In this document: positions 50,916 to 64,000 of the stretch, piece by piece
How the letters are laid out: each line of letters starts with the position of its first letter
Numbering within the stretch: position 1 is the stretch's first letter
From: Eledone cirrhosa
Taxonomy: Eukaryota
Assembly (NCBI GenBank): GCA_964016885.1
Contig: OZ024742.1
Location: 145,142,001-145,206,000 of the forward strand
Reading direction: 5' to 3'
DNA length: 64,000 bases
The notes under the pieces: generated by a model
Database searches by the model: none
Told to the model about the DNA's origin: nothing
What the model saw: only the letters and a program-made list of their open reading frames with translations
Program-made: the position numbers and the translations under genes

Positions 50916-51717
50916 ATAACAAATATGAAAAGCACGATTAATATGGTTCTCACTAATTGCATACACAGAGCTAACACTAGTCATGTTAGTGCTGCTCATG
51001 GTAGTGGAGTGGCTAGAGTAGCCGTGTGTGAGAACCCTTTGACCGTCATCAAGCAATCACACAACCACTTTCCCTTTCAGCTACATAGAACCTCTAACCA
51101 AGGAAGTAACAACAACTGTCAAGTTACAAATCTCAGGACTGCCTCAAATTAGTAACCCACATAGTCAATCAAGTAATACATGATGGAACATACCCAATGA
51201 TTGGCACACTACTGTTCATTATACCGTATATGACAGCATTCAAGTCAATCCGGCGCATTGGTCGACCTTTAAAATTCTGAGGTGTAATTCAGGTTTAGGC
51301 TTATATTTGCCAGATAAGATGACCCAAAAAGATAAGGCAATTGCAAGGGAAATAATGCAAACAATTTAGTGCCGCACTTCTTCTAAAACACTTCAGCACA
51401 AGTGACTTCTAGCTCACTCAATAAACTAGCCTAGGCTAACTTTAAAGAATCTATGATAACTTACCCTATGAGTTACGGCAAGTCGTTGATATTATTGTAA
51501 TCTCTACATTAAATAGCATTAACAAATATGAGATTCAGTAGGAAATAATTGTGGTGGGCTGCCAGAGCTATGGTAAGTGGTGTACAACAAGTGTTAGGCA
51601 GGCAGTTTGACTGTTTACCCCTTAGTGGTAAAGGTTCACATTCAGTGGGCAAGTCAACCCCTGGTTTTGGAGAGATATTTTTAGGCTCCAAATGTTGACT
51701 TGTATGCCAGCATATAT

Positions 51718-52745
51718 GGTAGTTCTCCAGGCCATAATAGAGGAGTTTAAAATAGGCTGCCTGTGGGAACTTCTCTATGCAGATGATTTGGTCTTTATAT
51801 CTGAAACCATAAAAGAACTAGAAAATAAGTTCCGCCTATGGAATCAGAATTTGGAATTAAAAGGTCTGAGAGTAATGTTAGCCAAAACTAAAGTGCTAGT
51901 GAGTAGGAAAGAAGATAAGACTCTGATTCCTTCAGGGAAGTGACCCTGCTCAATATGTAGAAAAGAAGTAGGCATTAAACTCCATATGATGTACACAATG
52001 TAAATCTTGGGTACACAAAAGATGTCGCAGAATAGCGAGTAGACTAATGGTATGTAGATTGCACAGGAATAATCAAGAGGAAGAGTGCCGGTGATATAAA
52101 CCTTTGCCAGTCACAGGAAGGAGCCATTGAAGTGATTGATAGCTTCTACTATCTAGGTGCCTTAATTGGCAGTGGAGGAGGGTGCGCTGAAAATATAATA
52201 GCTAGAGTATATAATAGTTAAAATAAGGATAGGATGCTTAAAGAGCTACTCCCACTGTTAACAACAAAAGGTTTCTCCGTATGCCCAAAAGGATGACTGT
52301 ATGACGTCTGTGTGTGGTGTGCGATGTTACATAGTATGAAACATGGGTTGTGACTGCAGAGAACGTACGTAGACGGAAGAGAAACAAAACAACCATGCTT
52401 CGTTGGATATGCAATGTAAGTATGAGAAAAAGGCAGAGTTTGGATGAGCTGAGGGAGAAGCTGGGTTTTAAAGGAATCCAAGGTGGCATGCAGGAGAGAA
52501 GATTGCGTTGGAATGGACATGGACAGTGAACACTGGGTGAAGAAATGCTAGGAAATCCCAGTGGAAGGAAGCCGCAGTAGAGGTCGACCAAGAAAGACCT
52601 GGGTAGAGGTTGTGAAATCTGACTTCAAATCGTAATGACTGGCAGAGGAGTGTTGAAGCAACACAATGAGTGGAGAGATGCCATGTTGAGAAGGACCCAT
52701 CCAACCCATACAAGCATGGAAAAACGGCTGTAAAAATGATGAAAT
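51718..52745 (+). pseudogene. Older degenerate RTE LINE copy (RT C-terminal half)
   Basis: [38 protein letters not shown], with stops and frameshifts. GRPRKTW-coding ggtcgaccaagaaagacctgg. RTE-type end caagcatggaaaaacggctgtaaaaatgatga. Confidence 0.85.
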
Positions 52746-52794
52746 ATATATATGTATGTATGTATATATATATAAATATATATATATCATTATA

Positions 52795-52915
52795 ATTGTT
52801 TCTACTTTAGGTACAAGGCCAGCAATTACCCAGTGCATTACTGGTACTTTATTTTATCGACCCCGTAAGGATGAAAGGCAAAGTAAACCTCGGCGGGATT
52901 TGAACTCAGACCGTA
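52795..52915 (-). mobile_element. SINE fragment (33437 family)
   Basis: ctggtactttattttatcgacccc..atgaaaggcaaagt..cctcggcgggatttgaactca is the reverse complement of the shared core. Confidence 0.75.
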
Positions 52916-53012
52916 AAGGGACATAACTATATCATTATAATGATGATGATGATATATATATATATATACAGAGAGAGAGAGGGGGCTAGGTGAATGTATG
53001 TATGATATATGT

Positions 53013-53043
<31 letters not shown>

Positions 53044-53396
53044 TATATATATATATACCAGCATCATTTACAGCCATTTTCCACATGCATAGATATATCA
53101 TCATCATCATTTTAGAGCTGTTTTCCCTATTTACATGCATATATGTGCTTAGAAGTGTTTGCTGCCATTGATAGCAATACTTTAATGAAAACATGACCTA
53201 TGGTATATACACATATGGACAACCTCTTTGTCTCTGTCTTTCTTTTGCACCCTTCCTCATTCTCCTCACATTTTCTCTGTTTCTCTCTCTTTCTCACTCA
53301 CAGTCTGACACATATCAAGATTTACCTCCACTTTCCAACACCCATAAACATGTCACACACATACATATCATAAATGCATAAAGCTTTATGCCTTTA

Positions 53397-53777
53397 CTCT
53401 CAGGTCCCAAATAATAGGGGTGGGGTTAGAATGGGGGGGGGATAAGAGAGGTGATGGAATATGTGTGTGTGGGGAGGGGGGGGGGGGCAACCGGTAATTT
53501 TTGAAGGTTGTCTCTGTTGATTTAAAAAAAAACAAAACAGAATTATTTTATAATGTATAGGATTTGTAGTAATGTACATTTTTGTCATGTATAATGTTTT
53601 TTAATGTATAAAGAAAATCAATTGTCACAGGAATGCTACCACTTAAAATAAAATTTGACTGGAGATAAATTAGCAAAATTTAATAAGTAGTGGGGTTAGA
53701 ATAAGAATGGGGAGGTTAGAGAAAAATCTGAAAAATTACAAGCGAGGGGGGGAAGATGATTATTCGAGACCCGAGAG
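53397..53777. mobile_element. MITE with ~19-bp TIRs and TA target duplication
   Basis: ta|ctctcaggtcccaaataat ... attattcgagacccgagag|ta. Internal direct repeat gtggggttagaat. Confidence 0.7.
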
Positions 53778-54156
53778 TATGTATTATATTGAGATGTATA
53801 GGTCTTCTTATGTATGTGCATGCTCAATCAATAATACATGTGTGTATACACGTATGTGTGTATATGTGAATGTTTTATGTTTTACAGCAAATACTGTGAT
53901 TTACTTATGGCTTTTTTTTTATTATTCCAGTTGTAATTTACAGATAATCATATTTAAAACAGACCTTGTCTGAATTTCAATAAAAATAAATAGCTGTTTC
54001 AAAGATTCTGGTCATGGTGGTGCACCAGCATGGCCACAGTCTAATGACTAAAATTACTAAAAGAGTAAAACTCTTGAGTATTGTACTAATTTACATTGTT
54101 TAGTATTAGACTTTAACATTGTAAAATTGGACTAGTTTTCTAGTGGTTTGTGCATA

Positions 54157-55017
54157 CAAGGGAAAGTCAAAAGGTTTCCGAACTAGCTCTTTATTTAAAA
54201 AAGAACTTTAATTACATAAGTTTACACACCATGTCCTTTGAAATAATCCCCTTATACAGCAATGTACTGATCTCAGTGTTTCTGCCACTCCTGGAATGCA
54301 ACCTCAAAATCATCTTTTCTAAGCTTGTTGAGAACCTTCTGCAATTCATACTGGATCTCAGCAATATGATTTTCATCTTCAGGAAAAGGAAGAAGTCCGC
54401 AGGTGTAGAAGTGATGGCATGTTAGGCTTGGTGAGTAACTCATGGAGGATGACTGCTTGGTGACAGGGTGTATTACCGTTATGGAGAATCCAGTTCTTCA
54501 CGCGCCACAGATCCGGTTGCTTTCACCAAATTTTTTTCCTCAAATACCTCAGAATTTTACAGAAAAACTCTTTTTTGATGATCTGGCTCCAGGGGACGAA
54601 TTCTCAATGAACAATACCACAGATGTCGAAAAAGACGATGAGTATGCTCTTGATTGAACTGAAGCTGTCTTGCCTTCTTTGGTCATGGAGATGATGGACT
54701 CTTTCATTGTGTTGACTGCTACTTCGTCTCTGAAGCATGTTCAACGTCTCTGTGACTGATTTCCGAAGTTTAATGTAAAATTTCACATTGGTCCTTTGTT
54801 CCAATTTGATGTCCATGATGTAATCACAGACTTGCACATGGACATGATCTGAAAAACACCAGTTTAACAACTCATGATGTAAACATAATGATGTCACTTG
54901 GTACACTGACTTATGACAGTTACAGTTATCACTGCACATGCAAACCTATACTGCCATCTGTTGGCGCACTACAGAGATAGTCCAGAAACGTCACCTCGTA
55001 TACTGGATGCCACCTCG
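54157..55017 (-). mobile_element. Internally deleted, degenerate mariner element
   Basis: MDIKLEQRTNVKFYIKLRKSVTETLNMLQ joined to SSIKSILIVFFDICGIVH. Ends ta|caagggaaagtcaaaaggtttccg and ..ggatgccacctcg|ta; mariner-type ctgccatctgttggc motif. Confidence 0.75.
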
Positions 55018-55034
55018 TATACTGGAACAACACT

Positions 55035-55235
55035 GAAGCTACCAGTTATTTGTTTTGTGGACTTTGTGGCAGCCTTTGATTTTATCTACCACAGCACAAT
55101 CTGGGGCATCATGGTTGCTTATGAAGCTGCTGAACATAATGAAAGCATACCACAGTTCCACATGAGCAAAGTTTTGCTATTATATTGAAGAATCTGTTTC
55201 CTTTGAAATCTGTTCAGATATTCAGCAGGGCTGGT
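55035..55235 (+). pseudogene. Very degenerate LINE RT remnant
   Basis: PVICFVDFVAAFDFIYHSTIWGIM followed by ..SDIQQG.., resembling FVDFxKAFD and GVxQG. Confidence 0.5.
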
Positions 55236-58200
55236 GTAGGTTATCCCCTTCACTCCACTGAAATCAATAAAATAAGTATAAGTACTGCAGATAATTCAAT
55301 TAGGTATATATTACCCTCTTCAGAAATTGGCCCTGTGTCTAATTAAAACAAACCAATATTAATCTAGCTTTTTGTATTTTCATAGATGATGTTAACAATA
55401 CTTATTAATTATTCAATTCTTTTCAAATGGTCTATTTCTGTTCTGAATACCAAAATATGGTTTGATGTGAATGTTATTAATTCATTTGATAAAAGTGCTA
55501 GGTTTAACTCCAGTTCTTTACCAACAATTTTACATATCTCAGATTACTTTATTAATGCAATATGAAATAAATTAATGTTCTTGTGTTATCTAGACTTCTG
55601 ATATCTTTATGCTTTCATGTCTATGAGGAATAACAGCTTCATTATGGTAAATTATAGGAGAGGATCTTGCTAAAATGTTTTTTTTTTACAAGATCAATAG
55701 CATGTGAAAAACTGTAATAACAAGGAGTAAGTTTTCATTTCTTAATGATTGCAACACGTTACAACAACCTTATTTTGGTTCCTTTAAGTCTAGTTAACAT
55801 CCACAACAGAGCCATACCATGAACAACCAAATGATTAAGTCTTTTTGATATTCATAGTATCATGGCAGATAATGGGCCTATTACCTAAAAGTTCTAGAGA
55901 ATGAAAGTTTTATCTTTAATAACAGGTTTCTTTTGTAAATATTAAAATAATCATTACTTGGTGGAATAAGTTTTCACCATCAAAAAATCTGTTCAATTAA
56001 AAAAAGGATATTGCAAGAATAAAAGATGAGTTGAAAGAATTGGGGAGTTTAGAGAGAATTCTGTTTATTTAAAAACATATATATTTAATGGTGTTTCATG
56101 TAAGCATGATGTAAAAAATTGTAAGAACAAATATGCTTCCTTCCTGGACTTAATATGCTGATTTAACCGAGCATTGAAGTCCCATAAAAAGTAATGAAAC
56201 AGAAAAAAAAGGAAGTTCTTAATTATTGAAAAATATTTTGGCATATTCAGTCTTTATAATAATGCAAAATGTTTTCTAAAAAAAAAATAATAATTGTCAA
56301 GTGTTAATAGAAATTTATTTATTAAAAAAAATTGATTAGTATGATGACATTTTTTCCCATACAATTATGGAAACTTTAATTACATTAGACATTTTTTCTG
56401 ATTTATTTTTATTAATTTACTTATCTTTTTCATTATTTTCTTTTTTCTTATTTTCATTTTTAATGAAAATTTCATTTCCTTTAGATTCGTTTGGCTTTTT
56501 CTTTTTACTCAGCAACATTATGAAAATATTCTTTAGTTTTGCTAATATTAGATTTAATAAGTATGCACAGTTTTTCACATTTTATTTCACATAACTTGTA
56601 TTATTCTCTGTTCACCCTCTTTTCTTTATTTTCCTCTCTTTTTCTTCTTTTTTCCAATGTTTTTTCTTTTTTCTTCCAGTCATAATAGCTTGAAATTTCT
56701 TTGAAACACACTGATATAGGTAGGAGGACACTCCATCATTCACTATTAACATAAGTTGAATGTCTATTTATTTTACATTATATATTAAAATAAGGAAGTT
56801 TAGACCAGTATATAACTAAAGCCTGTTGTTGATAATAGATGAACCTTATAATATGGTAATAATGTATACAACATTCATCACTGTTTAATTTAATTATTCA
56901 AATTCATGTCAATGGTGTATTAGAATTATTTCCCTTAGCTTGTTATATTTTTTTAATTATGCAAATTATACTGGCCCAAAATTATTTATGTCTTTTTCTA
57001 TATGTAACAAGAAATATGTCAGTTGATCAAGCAGGCTTGAGTCCTGTGCTGATGAAGCTTAATGAATTGCAATATGTCCATAGCTGTCCCATGCATACAC
57101 CAAACTTCCTTTCCATTAAGCATGAAATTAATTGTAAGAGATTAATACCTAATTTCTTGAAATTATATTCCCTTTTCTTTGAGACTTGCTAACAATTGCT
57201 GCTAGGTGTTTCTTTTTCTTTTTGTAACTAAGATGGAAATTTCATTTAATTGGGGATATTTTTTGCAAATAGTTTTCAGTATATCATTCCTTAATTTATT
57301 ATCATATGAGCTCATTGGACAGCCTCTATACTGATGCTTTACCCTCTAGAAATAGCAATCATATTTTCCTCCATTAAATTACAACCTACCTACCTTTAAA
57401 ACATGGACATATGTAGTCTTTGATGTTTTATGCCGGAAAATGAAAAAGATAGGATGTTCACAACAGTGATACCTTTGATCATAGATCTACTCTATCAGAG
57501 TTTACTTGCGGCTAAATAACAATCACTACCAATATACATATGACAGGACAAGACATCAGACTTGTCGTCTATCTCTGATCTTCCATTTGTGCCTAGTTTT
57601 TTTCTTTCTGGAACCTTGAGCCTAGATATTTCACACACACACACACACACACACCTCTGTGTGGTTAAGATATTTTCTTTACAGCAACATACTTCTAGGT
57701 TTAATCTTACTGCGCGGCACATTTGACAAATGTCTTTTACCTTGTGTCTAGAATTTGATAGATGAAAACTGTGCAAAAGCCTATCATACCCCCCCCCCCC
57801 TCTCTCTCTCTCTCTCTCTGATACTTATGTATACTGCATAATACATCTAGAAAGAAAGGCAGAAAAGAAAGAAGTCTAAAATATCTCTCAGATCCTTAGT
57901 TATGTATCTTCTATTCTCTTCCCTTACTTTCTCTCTCACCCTCCTCTCTCTTTGATTTACAATGAAACATTCATATTTACTCTAAGAACCTTATTTTCTT
58001 CCACTGATGACAATAAAGAGAAAAAATAATGAAAAAAAACCCACAGAATCATAAGGTTTCTTCTAAATTCTTCCTTTCATATCTCCGTTCACCTACTTAC
58101 CTGGATTCTATCTCTCGCTACTTCATATATGATGAAAACCTAGATATAAAATATGTAATCAACTTCCTATCGACCTGCTTATGCTGATTATACATATCAA

Positions 58201-58629
58201 CGTTGAAACTAACATTTGTCAGTGGAGACAAAAGTTAGAGAAATATAAAATTAAATTAAATTCAATGTATAAACATAATTTTTCAGTTATTTGAAGAACA
58301 AGGACAACAATTAATAAGAGAAAGAAATATGTTGTTCTGTATACTTGATAATTTCATGTACACACAAAAAGAAGATAGATTAAAAACCAATCAGAGACAT
58401 GTATTTATATTGTATAATGTTGTATGAAATACATATTCTTTATTTTTGTTCCATGCTGTACTGCTTATTGATCTCTTTATCGACAATTCTCGTAGAATAT
58501 CAAGGAAAGCTCCTAGTTCCTCACTCAACTCTTCTTCATTCTTGGGGTTGATTTTAAGAAAGGGCAGGGGATGTGATCAACCTTAGTATCTAACTGGTAA
58601 TTTATTTAGTACCTCCAAAAAAGGATTTT

Positions 58630-58830
58630 TGATTTAGGCACAAGACCAAAAATTTTTGGGAAAGGGCAAGTCGATTAAATCGACCCCAGTACATTACTGG
58701 TGCTTTATTTTATCAACCCCGTAAGGATAAAAGGCAAAGCTAACCTCAGCAGAATTTGAAATCAGAATGCCAAGGGTCTTAACTATGCCACAAAGCATGG
58801 TGTCTGACACTCTACTGATACTACCAATCC
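58630..58830 (-). mobile_element. SINE copy (33437/34365 family)
   Basis: gtcgattaaatcgaccccagt..ctggtgctttattttatcaacccc..aaaggcaaagctaacctcagcagaatttgaa. Confidence 0.72.
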
Positions 58831-61800
58831 ACCTCCCTAGTCACCTCCAAAATAATGACAGCCTTATTGATTTAGGCAAATACTGCAAGCCTAACAACCC
58901 TATCACAAATGTAGGACATTTAAAAAAATGTTTTAAACGAAAATATCACTGCAAATAGATGTTACTTTTGAAGTTGGAAATGTTATAGTCAGCTACCTTT
59001 TATCTGATTGTCAGTCTTTTGTTAAATACCTTGAGCTGTTCATATATGAGCAAGTAGTTCAAACAGATATTACAGGTTTCTGGTAAGACATAAATTCTAA
59101 ATCCTGTCCTACAAAATGATATTAAAAGATTTTTTTAGTTCTTTTCTTTTATTTGCTAAATTAAATGTTTGTTCATTTGAAAAGAAAAAAAAGAGAATTC
59201 TTTTGTCCCACTAGACATTTATTTCCCGTCTAACCTCTTGAGATACACAAATAAGTACCGGTGCTGCCAGGAAATATTTCAGCTGCAGGCTGTTTTCCTA
59301 ATGTTAGTATATATAATCTAATTTTCTCATATATCCAAAGCAGGACTAACTTAACTAAATTATAGTACCCCTAAATATTCATACACAATGTATAGATTAC
59401 AGTAATTTGTCTGTCAGTGAGTTTGAATTTAGTATACTGATAGACCTAAGATTCCAACCAAGGGAGTCAAATCTTTTTCATGCAGATCAATTTAAGTTTC
59501 AGCATTCGTATTTTCATGTTATTGTTTCCTTATAAAATATTTTTAATAATGTAAAAGTAAAGGCCCCTTAAATATGGAGTTGTAAGGGTTTCATTCTGAC
59601 ACCCAGCATGTCTTAGACATTTAAAATCTGGTGAAGCCCATTCCTCTCCAGGTCAGAGCTTAGCCAATTTCTTCCTGAGAAAGAAAGAGAAAAAACACAG
59701 AGGAAGAATTGACCCCAGTACTAGACTGGTACTCTATTTATTGACCATAAAAGTTGATCTCCTTGGCAGGAATTGAACTCAGAGTGTAGTGTGGTGGTTA
59801 TCCTGTTCAATACTAAATTGCTTCATTTCTCATCAAAACTGTTCTTTCATCATAATTAAAGTATAGCTCAGAATTCAGTTTGGTGAAAGATAACTTCACT
59901 CCAGTCAATCAAATCAAACCATATTTCATGTTCATTTACTGTGAAAGACATTCTAAAATTTGTAAGCATTCAAATGAGGTTTGGGATCTAGTCGATCAGA
60001 GTGAGAGAACAAAAATAATAAATCAAGTGCAATGATTTTTGTCCCTCACACAATTTGATAACACAAAGCTATAATATAATACTAATTGAAGAAATCATAA
60101 CATTGGTTTCAAATATAGATATAGTTTATCTCAGACTATGTTATCTAGTTTACTCTATTAGCGAAAGGAAAATAGTTAATACTAATAGGCTTCCAGTAAA
60201 ACTTTCATTTCATCAAACCTTTAGCATTTACATTATTCTATATTTACTATTATATATTCATGGTAAAGGCTTTATCTCACATAATATTGAATCTGAGATT
60301 TTGATATTATTTATTTTGAGAACAATACCCTTACATCAGTATGAGTGGCCAGTTACATCCGGTTTGAACAGAAAGAAGTGAGAGAATTCTGGCCAGAGGG
60401 ATTGCCTCTGCATCTGATACTAAACCTCTTTCAAGAGTTCATTATCGTTTCCATGCTGGTGCACATTAGGCAGGACTTTTTGAGGCAATGTTTTACAGCC
60501 ACTTAATCACTTCTTACAACACTTCTTACAACATGTAGTAATACAGTGTATCTATTCTAATCAAGATACAAATAATAAAATACCCTTCATCAATTTATCT
60601 AAGGCTTGTTAGGTTTCAAATAGCAGTTTAATAATGACAAAATTAGTTATTGAATCCCTCTGAATTCTTCTTCTTCTCCTCCTCCTTCCTACTTATTCCT
60701 GAGAAGGTCGTAGATGGGAGATGTGGGATGGATGCACAAAGATTGCATATCCTGAGACCCCAAACAACAGAGCAAACCATGACCATACATTTTTTACTGT
60801 TTTCAATATTAATTGAAACACATTTTGTAAGCCCAACACTCTTACCACTAAGCCACGCACCTTCACATATTAATTGTTTACTAGGTTACATTATCATTAA
60901 CTGTATACTGGACTACATTATCATTTATTTGAGAATTATTCAATTCAATATATAGTTCATGACATTGGAACCTATTTCTGAATGGACATTGAAAGTCAAT
61001 AAAACTGTAAATTAATTTACTCCTAATTTCAAGTTCAGATGTTTGATGTTTTGCATTACGTATGTATAGTAATATCAAGTGTGTTAATCTCCTTAAATAG
61101 TGTGCTGCATACTATTGCTTTGATTTGTGTTGTTCGATGTCAGTATTACTTAGACATAAGAGGATAATTGTTTTATTTTGACTTATCTTTGTTATCTAAT
61201 ATTAATAGAAATTAAGCCAGTGTTCACATTGACTCTGAACAATTTCTATTTGTTTGAATTTTGTTATTGTCCATCTATAATCACTTCTTACTGCTGGGGT
61301 TAACTTTATTTTATTCTATTTTTGTCTCTCAACAAACACCAAAATAAAATGAAGTGTTTTATCTTTTATAGAGTTATCTTTTAATAATTTTTTTTCTGCT
61401 AAGTTAACTTGTGTATCCCAGTTTTTAGAACAGATACACAATATCCCTATTTGTTGTAAAAGGTGAAAGGTGACTAAAATGGTTGGTATGAGGAATAGCA
61501 TCTGGTCATAAAACATTACCTCAAAATATCCAGTTCAACCCATGTCAGCTTGACAAAGCAGATGTAAAATGAAATGCGATGGTGAAATTATCTAAATATT
61601 TGAAATTATGAGATGGGGATAGATAATATTTTAGTGGTACCTCTGTATATTTGATGATATATTTCCCAGAGGTTTCATTGTATAAAAACAAATCAAAATC
61701 ATAAAAGAATACCACTTAAGTATTTTTCAGATGTGTTGTGACATTTTACAGTATCATTGTTGGTGACGTGGTAAAATGTCACAAAGATTGTCAGATTTAC

Positions 61801-61874
61801 AATACTAAGCCATAACATGAGACTTCAGTAAGTTCACTTGCTTTGAGGAGTGCGGAAGTGGAATGGACCTCTGT

Positions 61875-62112
61875 TGGTTTTCAACGATGACTGTTCCAGT
61901 TGTTTTATCAATAGAAAGAGCCTGCTCTTGAAATTAACTTGTAAGTGGTTGAGTATTCCACAGATGCATTTACCATTAATGTAATTCCTCAGGAGATTCA
62001 GGGTAATAGTTTGACAAGACAGGCTCTGTGAATTATAGGTGCAGTCCATCCAATAGACTTTCAAACAATTTCTGTCTACACAGTTTCTATCACAAGATAT
62101 AGGTCAACTTGT
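61875..62112 (+). mobile_element. SINE body fragment
   Basis: tgactgttccagttg..gcctgctcttgaaattaacttgtaagtggttgagtattccacaga..ggagattca. Reverse-complement match at 46875-47040. Confidence 0.65.
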
Positions 62113-63541
62113 CACATTCTCTTTATAGAACTCTTCTCTTGACTAATTAATGCTGATACAAGCCATTACCAATTTTCTCGCTTTCCAGAATTAAGCCATT
62201 TTAGTCTTCTATTAAGCCATTATAGATGTGATAAATAAAGATAAGTGTAGACATGTTACAAATTAAGATGCTATTTCAGAGTGTCATTATTGAAAGTGAA
62301 AAAAGTGTTGAGAAACTGAAATAATAAATTGGTAATTATTTTTATGTAGATATTCTCTGATTCTTACTTTTTATCAATTGGTGAACTAGCTCTCTTATAC
62401 TTAACTATATTAGCTAGATATCTTCACAGATGTTAAATATAACTGAATTTTACTTTGATAAATTAATTTAACAAATTATACGACAGTAGATTATGAACCT
62501 CACTCAAATTAACTAACTGGAAATATGGAGCTTCATATACAAATGCTGCTAAATATATCAGTACTTACAAATATCAATAATAGAAGCAGAAATAGACACA
62601 AAAGGGTTCAAATCATACAACACTGTACCATTGATAGACAACCTAATGCAACAGATACAAACACATTTAATCAAAGATTATTTTTAGTAAAATATACATT
62701 ATTCATGACAAAAACTATTCAAACAGCAATAGGTTCAAGGCCTAATGATAATTTATATCACAATACACCAATAAGCAGAAAAATTAAGGAAAATTACTCC
62801 AAATGGAATAAATACTTAAACAACATTTATATTGACTAATAGGAAAAGGAACAAAAATACTTAGAAATTGGGGAGAGATTGATGTCAATGTACAATTGGT
62901 GAGGATTTCAGAATGATATATGCTGTGGAAACATTCACATAATTGAAACAATCCAAATATATATTTATATAAATTGTACTTCTGTAACAAAGAAAGTATT
63001 CATCCCAGTAGGAATGTATTGCATTTGTATACAGAAAAAGATTTGGGGACATCAATAAAGAAAGGGGCATGGGAGAATACAGTATCACTAACAGCAGAAC
63101 ATATTAAAGAAAAATATCAAAGGAAAGAGTAATCAATATAAATGTCAATTCAACCTTCACCAGCACCAGCACCACCACCACCATCATCATGTGTATTAGA
63201 TAGCATACCTGTAGTAAACAATAAAGTCAACATTAGCAAACTAATTTACATGGTCACAATCAAATATTTTAGTGTGGTAGGATGTAAATATGTCCAAAAC
63301 TGAATTTTGTTTAATGTTTGCATAGTTGTAGTTTATATCTGTTGGCTAATTGTGTCATGTGACACAAATATTTGTTATTCTCTTCAGTAATGTCCCAAGC
63401 CTTTGTGGCAATCAAATGCTAAATCGTTTGGCACTGAACTGGTGAAATAATTGATAAGTAAGTTGGTAGATTTCAATTCAGGGGTCAAATACTGTTGTGG
63501 CAAAATTAAACTGGAGGAAAATGATGGCAAAAAAGGCTATA

Positions 63542-63836
63542 CAATGGAACCTCGGTTCACAAACTTAATTCATTCCAAAAGGCCGTTCGTCATCTGAAAT
63601 GTTTGTAAACGAAATTATTTTTCCCATACAAAATGTTGAGAGAGAGAAAGAGAGTGCATGAAAAACAGATAGATATCAGCAAGTGATTCTTTCTAACTGA
63701 TACTCCAAATCGTTGTTGCTGACTTGCGTGTTCATTACTCGAGACACAGTTCATCAACCAAGACATTTTATGTTCAGAAAAATTGTTTGTGAACCAATTT
63801 GTTCATGTCGAGAGGCATTCGTGAACCGAGGTTACT
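63542..63836. mobile_element. Tigger/pogo-like MITE
   Basis: ta|caatggaacctcggttcacaaac ... ttcgtgaaccgaggtt. Inverted termini (outer part of the right TIR decayed) and internal gttcgt/gtttgtgaac sub-repeats. Confidence 0.7.
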
Positions 63837-64000
63837 TCAGATATTTAAAATCTTAAGATGGCTTTAACATTTTTTTTCTTTTATGCCAGTTCTCAAACTA
63901 TTAAGCAATCAACTTTTCTTATTATTATTTATAAATTGTTCTTCTATTGCCACAAAAGTGGAGACTATAGTTAACTGAATTAACAGCTAGTGCATACTTG

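Noticed and set aside
55300-63500. Short ORFs of 60-110 aa in AT-rich DNA
   Set aside because: No recognisable domains, many start at non-ATG codons, and their lengths are consistent with chance.

Overview
Eukaryotic, very AT-rich, repeat-dominated DNA. The SINE and RTE motifs resemble those I recall from Octopus genomes, but that is an inference and was not checked. The window has three parts. (1) 1-10737: a young, apparently intact Penelope-like retroelement (PLE, Naiad-type RT + GIY-YIG ORF, minus strand). It is arranged as a partial tandem (period 6172 bp) followed by a ~3.78-kb near-perfect inverted copy, and it carries a hammerhead ribozyme (HHR) motif with an unusually long (116-nt) stem II. 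(2) 10738-30360: a ~20-kb (TA)n/(TATG)n microsatellite field acting as a nest of insertions. It holds three more unrelated HHR-motif inserts (one is a Neptune-like GIY-YIG fragment capped by a fold-back hairpin), a 5'-truncated RTE LINE, and an N gap flanked by a probable false duplication. (3) 30400-64000: intron-like or intergenic DNA with two mariner relics, two MITEs, many SINEs, further RTE copies, small palindromes and a few possible host exons. The long YIYI/VCVC ORFs in the ORF track are microsatellite artefacts.
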